NCBI RefSeq assembly: GCF_016127575.1
Contig: NZ_CP066019.1
Coordinates: 990,001-1,022,000 of the forward strand
Source: Cupriavidus necator
GTDB taxonomy: Bacteria; Pseudomonadota; Gammaproteobacteria; Burkholderiales; Burkholderiaceae
DNA length: 32,000 bases
Reading direction: 5' to 3'
Below the pieces are notes generated by a model. That model made no database searches. It was not told the DNA's origin and was given only the letters and a program-made list of their open reading frames with translations. Shown here one piece after another: positions 20,811 through 30,403 of the stretch (position 1 is its first letter; every line of letters begins with the position of its first letter). The position numbers and the translations under genes were made by a program.

Positions 20811-22052
20811 TCAGCGCCTGACCAGCGAACACTGCGATTTCGACACCGGCATGAACGCCTGCTCGCCCGGCACCGTGGCCAGCACCTTGTAGTAGTCCCA
20901 TGGGTACCTGGACTCGGCCGGCGTCTTGACCTCGAACAGATACATGTCGTGGACCATGCGGCCGTCTTCGCGGATGCGGCCGTTCTTTGCAAAGAAGTCG
21001 TTGATCGGCATCGACTTCATCTTCTTCATCACCGCCGCGGTCTCGTCTGTGCCGGCTGCCTGCACGGCCTTCAGGTAGTGCGTCACCGATGAATACGCAC
21101 CCGCCTGGCTCATGTTGGGCATTTTCCTGAGCTTGTCGAAATAGCGGCGCGACCAGGCTCGCGTGGCATCGTTCATATCCCAGTAGAAAGCTTCGGTCAG
21201 CACCAGCCCGGAGGCCGTCTTCAGGCCGATGGCGTGGATGTCGTTGATATAGAGCAGCAGGCCCGCCATGCGCTGCGTGTTGTTGCGGGTCAGGCCGAAT
21301 TCGGAGGCGGCCTTGATCGCGTTGACGGTATCGCCGCCGGCATTGGCCAGGCCCACCACCTGTGCCTTGCTGGCCTGCGCCTGCAGCAGGTAAGAGGCAA
21401 AGTCGCTGGTGGCCAGCGGGTGGCGCGCGGCGCCCAGCACCTTGCCGCCGGTCTCGTTGACGACCGCGGTGGCCGAGTCCTGCAGCGTGTGGCCGAAGGC
21501 GTAGTCCGCCGTCAGGAAGAACCAGGACTTGCCGCCGCGCTGCACCATCGCGCGCGCGGTGGTGTTGGCCAGCGCGTAGGTGTCGTAGGCGTAGTGCACT
21601 GACACCGGCGTGCACAGGTCGTTGGTGATGCGCTCGGTGCCCGGGCCGGAGAACACCACGATGCGGTTCTTCTGTCGTGCAACCTCAAGCACCGCCAGCG
21701 CCGGCGCAGACGCGGCCACGTCGAGGATGGCGTCGACATTGGCAGTGTCGAACCATTCGCGCGCCTTGTTGGCGGCGATGTCGGCCTTGTTCTGGTGATC
21801 GACCACCACCAGCTCGATCTTCTTGCCCAGCACCTTGCCGCCGAAATCGTCGATGGCCATCTGCGCGGCGGTGGCGCTGCCGCGGCCGGTGACGTCGGCA
21901 TACAGGCCGCTCATGTCGAGCAGCATGCCGAGCTTGACGACATCGTCAGAGACGGCGGCCCTGGGCTGGGCCTGGGCGGTGCCGCAGGCAAGCGCCGCGG
22001 CGAAGGCGAGGGCGCTGGCGGCAATGCGGCGGAGCGCGTGGCGATGGTTCAT
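20811..22052 (-). CDS. ABC transporter periplasmic substrate-binding protein (branched-chain amino acid/amide-type, LivJ-like family)
   Basis: 413 aa with signal peptide MNHRHALRRIAASALAFAAALACGTAQA. Overall type-I PBP-like composition and motifs (VKLGMLLDMSG..., DYAFG). Confidence 0.8.
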   Translation of the reverse strand: MNHRHALRRIAASALAFAAALACGTAQAQPRAAVSDDVVKLGMLLDMSGLYADVTGRGSATAAQMAIDDFGGKVLGKKIELVVVDHQNKADIAANKAREWFDTANVDAILDVAASAPALAVLEVARQKNRIVVFSGPGTERITNDLCTPVSVHYAYDTYALANTTARAMVQRGGKSWFFLTADYAFGHTLQDSATAVVNETGGKVLGAARHPLATSDFASYLLQAQASKAQVVGLANAGGDTVNAIKAASEFGLTRNNTQRMAGLLLYINDIHAIGLKTASGLVLTEAFYWDMNDATRAWSRRYFDKLRKMPNMSQAGAYSSVTHYLKAVQAAGTDETAAVMKKMKSMPINDFFAKNGRIREDGRMVHDMYLFEVKTPAESRYPWDYYKVLATVPGEQAFMPVSKSQCSLVRR

Positions 22053-22080
22053 GGTGTCTCCCTGGTTTATTGTTGTTGGC

Positions 22081-23136
22081 TTATACCGTGGCGATCGGCG
22101 TCACCGGCGACCCCACCGCGCCGGGCAGGCGCAACGGCGGGGCGGTGAGCTGGAAGCGGGTGCGGCCGTTGGCGCGCAACCAGTCCGCCAGCTCGCGCAG
22201 GTACCACAGCTCGCCCAGCGGTAGGCCCAGCTTGAACAGGCAATGGTGGTGCAGCGGCAGCAGCGGGTGGCTCTTGTCGCCGTCGGGCGCGGGGCGGGCG
22301 GGGTAGCGTTCCACCGCGTAGTTGTCGGCGATCAGCGCGGCGATGCCGGCATCGGTGATCCAGTTCAGCAGGCGCTCGTCGCGGCCGTCCAGCGCGCAGC
22401 AGCTGTGGTGCAGCACGGCTTCATCGGGTTTGCGCTGCATCGACAGCACCACCTCGGCAAAGCCGGTGCGCAGCAGCAGCATGTCGCCGCGTTCGACTTC
22501 CACATTGCCGGCATCCAGCGCGTGCATCAGGTCGTCGTAGCCGACATTGCGGAAGTCCATGCCGAAGGTATGCGCCAGGTCCACCAGCACGCCGCGGCCC
22601 TGCATCCCCTTGACCGCGAAGTTCTCGATGCCCAGCGCCTGCGCGGCACTGTGGTCGTGGCCGCAAGGGTGCGCGGCGAAGTTGTCATCCTCGGCATAGT
22701 CCACCGGGCCGACGATATGCTCGTTGGCGCGGTAGCCGTTGTAGTACACGCGCTCCGGGCGGCCATCGCCGTCGGCATCGAACAGCGCCCCCACGTGCGC
22801 CAGCGCATCCCATTGCGTGCTGTATTGCAGGCACAGCAGCACCTGGTCGTCGCTGATGACGTCGGTGGCGGTGGGATCGACCTTGGCCAGCGGGAAGTTC
22901 AAATAGGGGATGTCGTCGCGCAGGGTAGGCCGCAGCACCGGCGGATGCCGGCGCGGGTTGAGCTTGTTGCCGCCGGGGTAGTCCAGCGGCAGCGACAGGC
23001 AGAAGCTGATGCCGGCCTGCACCTCGCGCGCGCCCTTGACGACTTGTTCCGGGCCGATCAGGTTGATGCGGCCGAGCTGGTCGTCGGGGCCGAAGTCACC
23101 CCAGTTGGAACCTTGCGGACGTTGCTTCCAGCGCAT
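22081..23136 (-). CDS. Putative cyclase-family (kynurenine-formamidase-like fold) protein
   Basis: 351 aa. N-terminal WGDFGPDDQLGRINLI and QWDALAHVG are typical of the cyclase family. Lies 28 nt upstream of the SBP gene on the same strand. Confidence 0.7.
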   Translation of the reverse strand: MRWKQRPQGSNWGDFGPDDQLGRINLIGPEQVVKGAREVQAGISFCLSLPLDYPGGNKLNPRRHPPVLRPTLRDDIPYLNFPLAKVDPTATDVISDDQVLLCLQYSTQWDALAHVGALFDADGDGRPERVYYNGYRANEHIVGPVDYAEDDNFAAHPCGHDHSAAQALGIENFAVKGMQGRGVLVDLAHTFGMDFRNVGYDDLMHALDAGNVEVERGDMLLLRTGFAEVVLSMQRKPDEAVLHHSCCALDGRDERLLNWITDAGIAALIADNYAVERYPARPAPDGDKSHPLLPLHHHCLFKLGLPLGELWYLRELADWLRANGRTRFQLTAPPLRLPGAVGSPVTPIATV

Positions 23137-23472
23137 GAGTCATGCCTCCTGTCGTGTGCGTGGCCGAGGGAGCGGCCGGTGTATGGGGTATCGGTGCGGC
23201 GTGGTTGCGCGATGCGCGTGGCCACGCGGGAAGGTCTCCTGTCCGGTTCTCGTGGCATGAAACCGGTTGCATCCCTTATAGGCCATATTGCGGGGAATGG
23301 TCATTTTGCGGTGCAGCAGGATTACGGCGAGGCGGCATCCTTATAGAGGCGGGCAATGCCGGTTCATGATGTGTTATCGTACAACTAGGTTGGGGAAGCT
23401 GCTTATTTCCGCCTAAAAATAGTAGAGAATAGGGAATTCCCGGGGCCGTAGACCACCATAAACGGATGGCAA

Positions 23473-23485
23473 GTTGTCAGACAAC
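23473..23485. promoter_or_regulatory. Operator-like palindrome GTTGTC-A-GACAAC upstream of garD
   Basis: Perfect 6-1-6 dyad, 43 nt before the garD ATG, in the divergent region shared with the cyclase operon. Confidence 0.3.
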
Positions 23486-23527
23486 GTAACACTAAAAGTG
23501 CGCAACGCGCACCCGGCTGGAGATGAC

Positions 23528-25093
23528 ATGACAGTGACCCCGACAGCAGGTGGACAGGCGGCTCGCCCGCTGTACATCACGATGCACGCGAACGACAACG
23601 TCGCGATCGTGGCCAACGACGGCGGCCTGCCGGCGGGAATGGAATTCCCCTGCGGCCTGGTGCTGGCCGAGGGCGTACCCCAGGGCCACAAGGTGGCGCT
23701 GACTGACCTGCGCGAGGGCGACGCGGTGATCCGCTACAACGTGGTGATCGGCTATGCTCTGAAAGACCTGCCGCGCGGCAGCTGGGTCAATGAGCGCGTG
23801 ATCCGCATGCCGGCCGCGCCGGAACTGCACGACCTGCCGGTCGGCACGCGCGTGGCGCCGCTGCTACCGCTGGAAGGCTATACCTTCGAGGGCTACCGCA
23901 ATGCGGACGGCTCGGTTGGCACACGCAATATCCTGGGCATCACCACTACGGTGCAGTGCGTGGAGGGCGTGGTGGAGTTTGCCGTGCGGCGCATCAAGGA
24001 AGAACTTCTGCCGAAGTATCCCAATGTCGACGACGTGGTGGGCCTTGAGCACACCTACGGCTGCGGCGTGGCAATCGACGCGCCCGATGCCGGCATCCCG
24101 ATCCGCACCATCCGCAATATCGCGCTGAACCCCAATTTCGGCGGCGAGGTGATGATCGTCAGCCTGGGTTGCGAGAAGCTGCAGCCGGCGCGCCTGATCG
24201 GCGCCGGCACCATCCCGATCCAGCAGGAGGGCGAGCCCGACGTGGTCTGCCTGCAGGACGAGCAGCACGTGGGCTTTGCCTCGATGATCGATTCGATCAT
24301 GGCCACGGCAGAGAAGCATCTGGCCCGCCTGAACGCGCGCCGGCGCGAGACCTGTCCGGCGTCAGACCTGGTGGTCGGCGTGCAGTGCGGCGGCAGCGAT
24401 GCCTTCTCCGGCGTCACCGCCAACCCCGCGGTGGGCTTTGCCACCGACCTGCTGGTGCGCGCCGGGGCCACGGTGATGTTCTCCGAAGTGACCGAGGTGC
24501 GCGACGGCATCGACCAACTGACCGCGCGCGCGGCCACCCCCGAGGTGGCCGAGGCGCTGGTGCGGCAGATGGCCTGGTACGACCGCTACCTGGAGCAGGG
24601 CAAGGTCGACCGCAGCGCCAACACCACGCCGGGCAACAAGAAGGGCGGCCTGTCGAACATCGTGGAAAAGGCGATGGGCTCGATTGTCAAGTCGGGCACC
24701 GGCCCGATCCACGGCGTCACCGGCCCCGGCGAGAAGGTCACGCAGAAGGGGCTGATCTACGCCGCCACGCCCGCGGGCGATTTTGTCTGCGGCACGCTGC
24801 AGCTGGCCGCCGGCATGAACCTGCACGTGTTCACCACCGGGCGCGGCACGCCGTACGGGCTGGCCGAGGTGCCGGTGATCAAGGTGTCCACCCGCAATGA
24901 CCTGGCACGGCGCTGGCATGACCTGATGGATGTCAACGCCGGCCGCATCGCGACCGGCGAGGCCACCATCGAGGAAGTGGGCTGGGAGCTGTTCCACACG
25001 CTCCTGGCCGTGGCCAGTGGCAAGAAGTCATGGGCCGAGCACTGGAAGATCCGCAATGCGCTGGTGCTGTTCAACCCGGCACCGGTGACCTGA
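23528..25093 (+). CDS. garD: Galactarate dehydratase / UxaA-family dehydratase
   Basis: Close to remembered E. coli GarD blocks: [99 protein letters not shown] 23528 lies after GGAG. Confidence 0.85.
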   Translation: MTVTPTAGGQAARPLYITMHANDNVAIVANDGGLPAGMEFPCGLVLAEGVPQGHKVALTDLREGDAVIRYNVVIGYALKDLPRGSWVNERVIRMPAAPELHDLPVGTRVAPLLPLEGYTFEGYRNADGSVGTRNILGITTTVQCVEGVVEFAVRRIKEELLPKYPNVDDVVGLEHTYGCGVAIDAPDAGIPIRTIRNIALNPNFGGEVMIVSLGCEKLQPARLIGAGTIPIQQEGEPDVVCLQDEQHVGFASMIDSIMATAEKHLARLNARRRETCPASDLVVGVQCGGSDAFSGVTANPAVGFATDLLVRAGATVMFSEVTEVRDGIDQLTARAATPEVAEALVRQMAWYDRYLEQGKVDRSANTTPGNKKGGLSNIVEKAMGSIVKSGTGPIHGVTGPGEKVTQKGLIYAATPAGDFVCGTLQLAAGMNLHVFTTGRGTPYGLAEVPVIKVSTRNDLARRWHDLMDVNAGRIATGEATIEEVGWELFHTLLAVASGKKSWAEHWKIRNALVLFNPAPVT

Positions 25094-25111
25094 GCCTCGG
25101 CTCTGACGGCG

Positions 25112-25336
25112 CTAGGTGCGCCCGCGCAACGGCCTGAGCAGATGCGACAGGCCGTTGTGGTCCAGCTCATGCATCAGCGCCAGCAGCGCGCCGATCTGCC
25201 CCGGCGGGAAGCCCTCGCGCGCGAACCAGTTCAGGTAGTTGCCTGGCAGGTCGGCGATCACCGTGCCTTTGTGCTTGCCAAAGGGCATGGTGACTGTGAC
25301 CAGCCGCTTGAGGGCGTCGGCGTCGAAATCGTTCAT
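25112..25336 (-). CDS. DUF3820-like small protein
   Basis: Conserved-looking core MPFGKHKGTVIADLPGNYLNWFAREGFPPGQIGALLALMHE. Start taken at the internal Met (MNDFDAD). No clear SD. Confidence 0.55.
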   Translation of the reverse strand: MNDFDADALKRLVTVTMPFGKHKGTVIADLPGNYLNWFAREGFPPGQIGALLALMHELDHNGLSHLLRPLRGRT

Positions 25337-25386
25337 GGGTGGCGGAAAGTCGGAAGGCTCCACGCTATCACAGTCAGCAAGCCGCA

Positions 25387-26313
25387 CTACCTGGCGGTCA
25401 TCTCCCACTTTCTCGCGAGTCCAAGCCGCTCGAATCGTTCGAACAGGAAGTCGATGAAGACGCGAATCCTGGCCGGCTGGTGGCGGCGGCACTGATACGC
25501 GACGTTGATCGTCAGCTTGGGCAGTTGCCAATCCGGCAGGACCGGCACCAGCCGGCCGGCAACGATGTCTTCGTAGATGATGTAGAGCGGCTGTACCAGG
25601 ATGCCATGGCCCGCCAGGGCCGCTGCGCGGATCACCTGGCCTTCATTGGAGTCGAGCACGCTGGTCACAGGTACGGTTGCCGTTTCGTCGCCTCGCCGGA
25701 AGTGAAGCAGGTAGGGATCATTGGCAAGGTTGTAAATGAGCATCTGATGCTGCCGCAAGGCATCTGGCGCATCTGGCATGCCGCGCTCGGCAAGGTAGCC
25801 AGGCGACGCCGCCAGTACGCGGCGCGTCTCGGCCAGTTTTCGCACCGTGATCCCTGAATCCCCCTCATGTTCGCGTGTCCGGATGGCGACATCGATCCCG
25901 GCCTCGATAAAGTCAGGATAGCGATTGGCCGCAATGATCTGGACCGCCAGGTTCGGATAGCACGCCCGAAATGCCGGCAATGCCGGCGCGAGATGGATCA
26001 TCGCGAAGGATGCCGATGCGGTCACGCGAAGAACGCCGGTTGGATTGAGCGTGGCCTCGTTGATGGCGGCCTCGGCTTCGGCCATTTCAGCCAGCATCGC
26101 GGCACAGCGCCGGTGATACTCACGGCCGGCATCCGTGAGCCAGAGCCGGCGCGTGGTGCGCTCGACCAGGCGCGCTCCCAGGCGCTCTTCCAGCGCATTG
26201 AGGCAGCGGGTGGCTGCCGCACTCGACATGCCGAGTTGCTCCGCCGCCTTTGTGAGGCTGCCGAGTTCCGCAACCTGCACAAAAAACTCAATCTGCGTCC
26301 ACTTGTCCATCAA
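25387..26313 (-). CDS. LysR-family transcriptional regulator
   Basis: N-terminal wHTH region FFVQVAELGSLTKAAEQLGMSSAAATRCLNALEERLGARLVERTTRR. 308 aa, divergent from the hydroxyquinol cluster. Confidence 0.9.
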   Translation of the reverse strand: MMDKWTQIEFFVQVAELGSLTKAAEQLGMSSAAATRCLNALEERLGARLVERTTRRLWLTDAGREYHRRCAAMLAEMAEAEAAINEATLNPTGVLRVTASASFAMIHLAPALPAFRACYPNLAVQIIAANRYPDFIEAGIDVAIRTREHEGDSGITVRKLAETRRVLAASPGYLAERGMPDAPDALRQHQMLIYNLANDPYLLHFRRGDETATVPVTSVLDSNEGQVIRAAALAGHGILVQPLYIIYEDIVAGRLVPVLPDWQLPKLTINVAYQCRRHQPARIRVFIDFLFERFERLGLARKWEMTAR

Positions 26314-26424
26314 TTCTTCCGGCTAGAGGAGAACACTACTTCGCTGCCACCTCTTTTTACCTGTGGAGGAAGGAATTAATGTTAGCAGCAAGCGAGAAGC
26401 AGAAAACATGCGGAGACACCCGGA

Positions 26425-27306
26425 ATGCGAAACCTCAATGAAGACACGATCACGCAGGCGGTGCTTGCGTCGATGGCGAACTGCCGCGATGCGCGCCTGC
26501 GCACCGTGATGACCAGTCTCGTCCAGCATTTGCATGCCTTCGCGCGTGATGTGAAGCTGAGCGAGGAAGAATGGTTCGCGGCCATTCGTTTTCTGACTGC
26601 GGTGGGCCATATCACCGATGACAAGCGCCAGGAATTCATCCTGCTGTCCGATGTGCTTGGCCTGTCGATGCTGGTGACGGCACAAAACAACGTGAAGCCG
26701 GCAGGCTGCACCGAGTCCACTGTATTTGGCCCGTTTTACGTGGAAGACAGTCCCGCGTACGACAGCGGCGCGGATATCTCGAATGGCGCGCAAGGCGAGC
26801 CCTGCTTTGTGCGCGGGCAGGTGCGGGACTGGGAGGGGACGGCCATTCCGGATGCCACCATCGAAGTCTGGCAGGCGGACCAGCACGGCCACTATGACGT
26901 GCAGATTCCGGGCCCTGACGGCGCGCATACCCACCGTGCGCGCGGGCGTTTGCGAACCGGCGAAGACGGCAGGTTTTCGTTTCGCTCGATCCTGGCCGAA
27001 CCCTATCCGATTCCGCATGACGGCCCGGTCGGCGCGCTGCTGGAGGCGCTTGGCCGCCATCCCTGGCGGCCTGCCCACCTGCACTTCATGATCAGTGCAC
27101 CGGGTTGCGAGACGCTGATTACCCATGTCTTTCGCGACGGTGACCGCTACCTCGACTCCGACGCCGTGTTCGGCGTGCGCTCGACGCTGGTGGCTGACTG
27201 GGTGCAGCACCCGCCGGGCATTGCGCCTGATGGCAGCTTGCTCGAGGACCCTTACTACACCCTCGATTTTGATTTTGTCCTGAGCCGCGCGCACGAACGG
27301 AAATGA
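26425..27306 (+). CDS. Intradiol ring-cleavage dioxygenase, hydroxyquinol 1,2-dioxygenase-like
   Basis: 293 aa. N-terminal LNEDTITQAVLASMANCRDARLRTVMTSLVQHLHAFARDV is typical of hydroxyquinol/catechol 1,2-dioxygenases. Fe-ligand region HPWRPAHLHF. Confidence 0.85.
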   Translation: MRNLNEDTITQAVLASMANCRDARLRTVMTSLVQHLHAFARDVKLSEEEWFAAIRFLTAVGHITDDKRQEFILLSDVLGLSMLVTAQNNVKPAGCTESTVFGPFYVEDSPAYDSGADISNGAQGEPCFVRGQVRDWEGTAIPDATIEVWQADQHGHYDVQIPGPDGAHTHRARGRLRTGEDGRFSFRSILAEPYPIPHDGPVGALLEALGRHPWRPAHLHFMISAPGCETLITHVFRDGDRYLDSDAVFGVRSTLVADWVQHPPGIAPDGSLLEDPYYTLDFDFVLSRAHERK

Positions 27307-27605
27307 TCAGGCACATCGTCATGTGGAAGGTGAAGGGTGAGACGGCGCATGAACGGGCTGATGCCCAGCAACGCATCAAGGCGGCCTTCGAGGCCTTGCC
27401 CGGCCGCATTCCAGGCCTGCGCCACGTGGAGGTCGGTATCGACGTGAGCCGCGTTGACTACGCGTGCGACACGGTGCTGCTTGCCGAGTTCGAATCGCTC
27501 GCGGCGCTCAAGGCCTACGCCGATCACCCGGAGCACCTTCACGTCCGCGAGCAGCTGGCAGGGCTGCGCATCGCCCGCCACCAGGTCGACTACACCATTG
27601 ATTGA
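27303..27605 (+). CDS. Dabb (stress-responsive alpha/beta barrel) family protein
   Basis: 100 aa starting MIRHIVMWKVK, with YADHPEHLHV. ATGA overlap with the upstream gene. Confidence 0.75.
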   Translation: MIRHIVMWKVKGETAHERADAQQRIKAAFEALPGRIPGLRHVEVGIDVSRVDYACDTVLLAEFESLAALKAYADHPEHLHVREQLAGLRIARHQVDYTID

Positions 27606-27615
27606 GGGATGCAAT

Positions 27616-28680
27616 ATGGAAACAGCACTGGAATTCGTCTACCAGGCAGCGCCTGCCAGAGTCGTATTTGGCGCGGGTAGCCTGCAGCACCTGGAGCGCG
27701 AGATCGGCTTGCTCGGCGCGCAGCGCGCGCTGGTCTTGTGCACGCCCGAGCAGCGCGATGGGGCGCAGGCAATCATGGCATCCCTTGGCCAGCGCGCGGC
27801 AGGCCTGTTCGACCGTGCAGTCATGCATGTGCCGATCGACACGGCCCGGGAAGCACGCGAGCTTGCCCTGGCCTGCAATGCCGACTGTGCCATCGCGTTT
27901 GGCGGCGGTTCGACGATCGGGCTCGGGAAGGCGATTGCCCTGGAAAGCAGCATTCCCATCCTGGCGATCCCCACCACCTATGCCGGCAGCGAGATGACCC
28001 CGATCTACGGCGTTACCGAGGGCGGGGTCAAGCGTACCGGCAGCGATATGCGGGTGCTGCCACGGGCGGTGATCTACGACCCGGAACTGACCCTGACCCT
28101 GCCGGTCGACCTGTCCGTGACCAGCGGCATCAACGCCATCGCGCACGCCGCCGAGGGACTCTACGCCAGCAATGCCAATCCGATCACCAGCCTGATCGCT
28201 GAAGAAGGTATCCGTGCCCTGGGCCAGGGCTTGCCTGGCATCCATCGCGACGCCGCCGATATTGTGGCCCGCGGCCAGGCGCTCTACGGTGCGTGGCTGT
28301 GCGGAATGGTCCTGAGCAACGTCGGCATGGCACTGCACCACAAGCTTTGCCACACACTCGGTGGCAGCTTCAACCTGCCGCACGCCCAGACCCACACGGT
28401 GGTGCTGCCACACGCACTGGCGTTCAACGCGGACTTTGCGCCGCAGGCAATGCAGCGGATCGCCCGCGCCCTGGGCACTGACAATGCCGCGCGCGGCGTC
28501 CATGACCTGGCGAGCAAGCTCGGGGCGCCGACGTCGCTGCGTGAACTCGGCATGGCGCACGCAGACCTGGACCGCGCCGCGGAGATCGCCAGCGCCAATC
28601 CCTACTGGAATCCGCGCCCGATTTCCCGGGAGGACTTGCGTGCGCTGCTGCAGGACGCCTTCGACGGAACGCGTCCGTAA
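27616..28680 (+). CDS. Maleylacetate reductase (iron-containing alcohol dehydrogenase family)
   Basis: Start at METALEFVY (ATG 27616), 354 aa. GGGSTIGLGKAIA motif and His-rich metal site HKLCHTLGGSFNLPHAQTH. Confidence 0.85.
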   Translation: METALEFVYQAAPARVVFGAGSLQHLEREIGLLGAQRALVLCTPEQRDGAQAIMASLGQRAAGLFDRAVMHVPIDTAREARELALACNADCAIAFGGGSTIGLGKAIALESSIPILAIPTTYAGSEMTPIYGVTEGGVKRTGSDMRVLPRAVIYDPELTLTLPVDLSVTSGINAIAHAAEGLYASNANPITSLIAEEGIRALGQGLPGIHRDAADIVARGQALYGAWLCGMVLSNVGMALHHKLCHTLGGSFNLPHAQTHTVVLPHALAFNADFAPQAMQRIARALGTDNAARGVHDLASKLGAPTSLRELGMAHADLDRAAEIASANPYWNPRPISREDLRALLQDAFDGTRP

Positions 28681-28744
28681 TGCGCAACTCGCCGAGCTGC
28701 CACGGGACAGCGTCCCCCAAAACCAATATAGATGGAGACAAAGC

Positions 28745-30403
28745 ATGAGCATCAATCCGAAGCAAACACCCGAGCCGGCCGCAGAAATCTTCGACGTAGC
28801 CGTGATCGGATATGGCCCGACCGGACTCGTCGCGGCCTCGCTGCTGGGCGAGGCTGGCTACAAGGTGGTTGTCATTGAACGCTGGCCCACGCCTTATGGC
28901 CTGCCGCGCCTGACCCATATCGATGGCGAGACGGCACGGATCGTCCAGGCGTGCGGAGACGTTGACCAGGCCCTGCGCGATGCCTGTGGGCTGGGTCCGT
29001 ATCAGTATCGCAACGCCGACGATGAGCTCCTCATTGAACTGGACTGGACCGGGCACGCGTGCGGCTTCCCGGCCCATATCTCGATTTACCAGCCCGATAT
29101 CGAAGACGCCATTCATCAGCGCGCGGCAAGCTTTCCCGGGGTCGAGATCCTTCGCGGCTGGGAGGCAGAGACGCTCAGGCAGGACGAGGATGGCGTCAGG
29201 ATCTCCGCGCACCTCTGGCGCGGCGCGCAGGACTCGCAATGGACGACACCGTCGCGCGAGTTCATCGCAAAGTACGTCATTGGCGCCGACGGGGCGAACA
29301 GCTTTGTCCGCCGCAGTCTGTGCATCGAACGCGACGACTTCGGGCAGAACGAGCGCTGGTTGAACCTTGACTCGGAGAACAAGCGGGACCTTGGCGAGAA
29401 GTTCTCGCTCACGACCATCTATTGCGACCCGGCGCGGGCCCATATGTACATGCCGATCGGCACCCGGCGGACTCGCTTCGAACTGCGGGTGCTGCCTGGC
29501 GAGGATACTGCCTACTGGGAGGACGAGGCCGTCGGCTGGCGCTGGCTGAAGGAGCAGCATGGCCTGGGCCCGGAAGACATGCGCCTGTTGCGCCATGTCG
29601 TCTACACATTCGAAACCCGCATGGCGCACCGGTGGCGCGACGGGCGGATCTTCCTGGCCGGCGATGCCGCGCATACGATGATGCCCTATATGGGGCAAGG
29701 CGCGTGTTCGGGCATGCGAGACGGCATCAACCTGGCCTGGAAGCTGGACCTGGTGCTCAGTGGCCGAAGCGCGCCGGGTCTGCTGGATACGTATGAAGAA
29801 GAGCGCAGGCCCCACGTCAGCAAGATCATGGAGATGGCGAGATTCCTTGGCAAGGTTGCCAACGAAGACGATCCGCAAAAGGTTGCCGAGCGCGACGCCG
29901 CATTCCGGGCCCGGTCGATCCCCCCGATGCCGCCGTTTCCGAGGCTCGAAGCCGGCATCGTGCATGCCGAGGTGGATGGCAGCCTGTTGCCCGCGATCGG
30001 CACGCCCGCTCCGCAGGGACGCGTGCGCAAGGGGGAAGTCGAAGGGCGCCTCGATGACGTGGTCGGTCATGGCTTCCTGCTGATCGCTCTTGACGATCCG
30101 TTGCGCTACCTCGATGAAGGCCAGCTCGGTTTCCTTGAGCAACTCGGCTGCCATATCGTCGTGCTGTCCGACGCGGCGTCGATACCCGGGGCAGTGGTGG
30201 AACTCAATGGCGCGCAGGCAGCGTTCATGCGCGCGCATGGCATGCAGGCTTACATCAGCCGGCCGGACTTTGCTGTCTTCGGCGGCGTTTCCGACCTGGC
30301 GCATCTGCCCGGCCTGGTCGATTCCCTGCGCCAGAAGCTGCACTGGCGCGGTGCGGCGCAATCCAGCATGCTGGCCGGGACCAGCGCAGCGGCTGTTTCG
30401 TGA
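28745..30403 (+). CDS. FAD-dependent aromatic-ring monooxygenase (MhpA / phenol-hydroxylase-like, single component)
   Basis: Start MSINPKQ. Motifs DVAVIGYGPTGL (GxGxxG), GADGANS and FLAGDAAHTMMPYMGQG. 552 aa. Confidence 0.85.
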   Translation: MSINPKQTPEPAAEIFDVAVIGYGPTGLVAASLLGEAGYKVVVIERWPTPYGLPRLTHIDGETARIVQACGDVDQALRDACGLGPYQYRNADDELLIELDWTGHACGFPAHISIYQPDIEDAIHQRAASFPGVEILRGWEAETLRQDEDGVRISAHLWRGAQDSQWTTPSREFIAKYVIGADGANSFVRRSLCIERDDFGQNERWLNLDSENKRDLGEKFSLTTIYCDPARAHMYMPIGTRRTRFELRVLPGEDTAYWEDEAVGWRWLKEQHGLGPEDMRLLRHVVYTFETRMAHRWRDGRIFLAGDAAHTMMPYMGQGACSGMRDGINLAWKLDLVLSGRSAPGLLDTYEEERRPHVSKIMEMARFLGKVANEDDPQKVAERDAAFRARSIPPMPPFPRLEAGIVHAEVDGSLLPAIGTPAPQGRVRKGEVEGRLDDVVGHGFLLIALDDPLRYLDEGQLGFLEQLGCHIVVLSDAASIPGAVVELNGAQAAFMRAHGMQAYISRPDFAVFGGVSDLAHLPGLVDSLRQKLHWRGAAQSSMLAGTSAAAVS

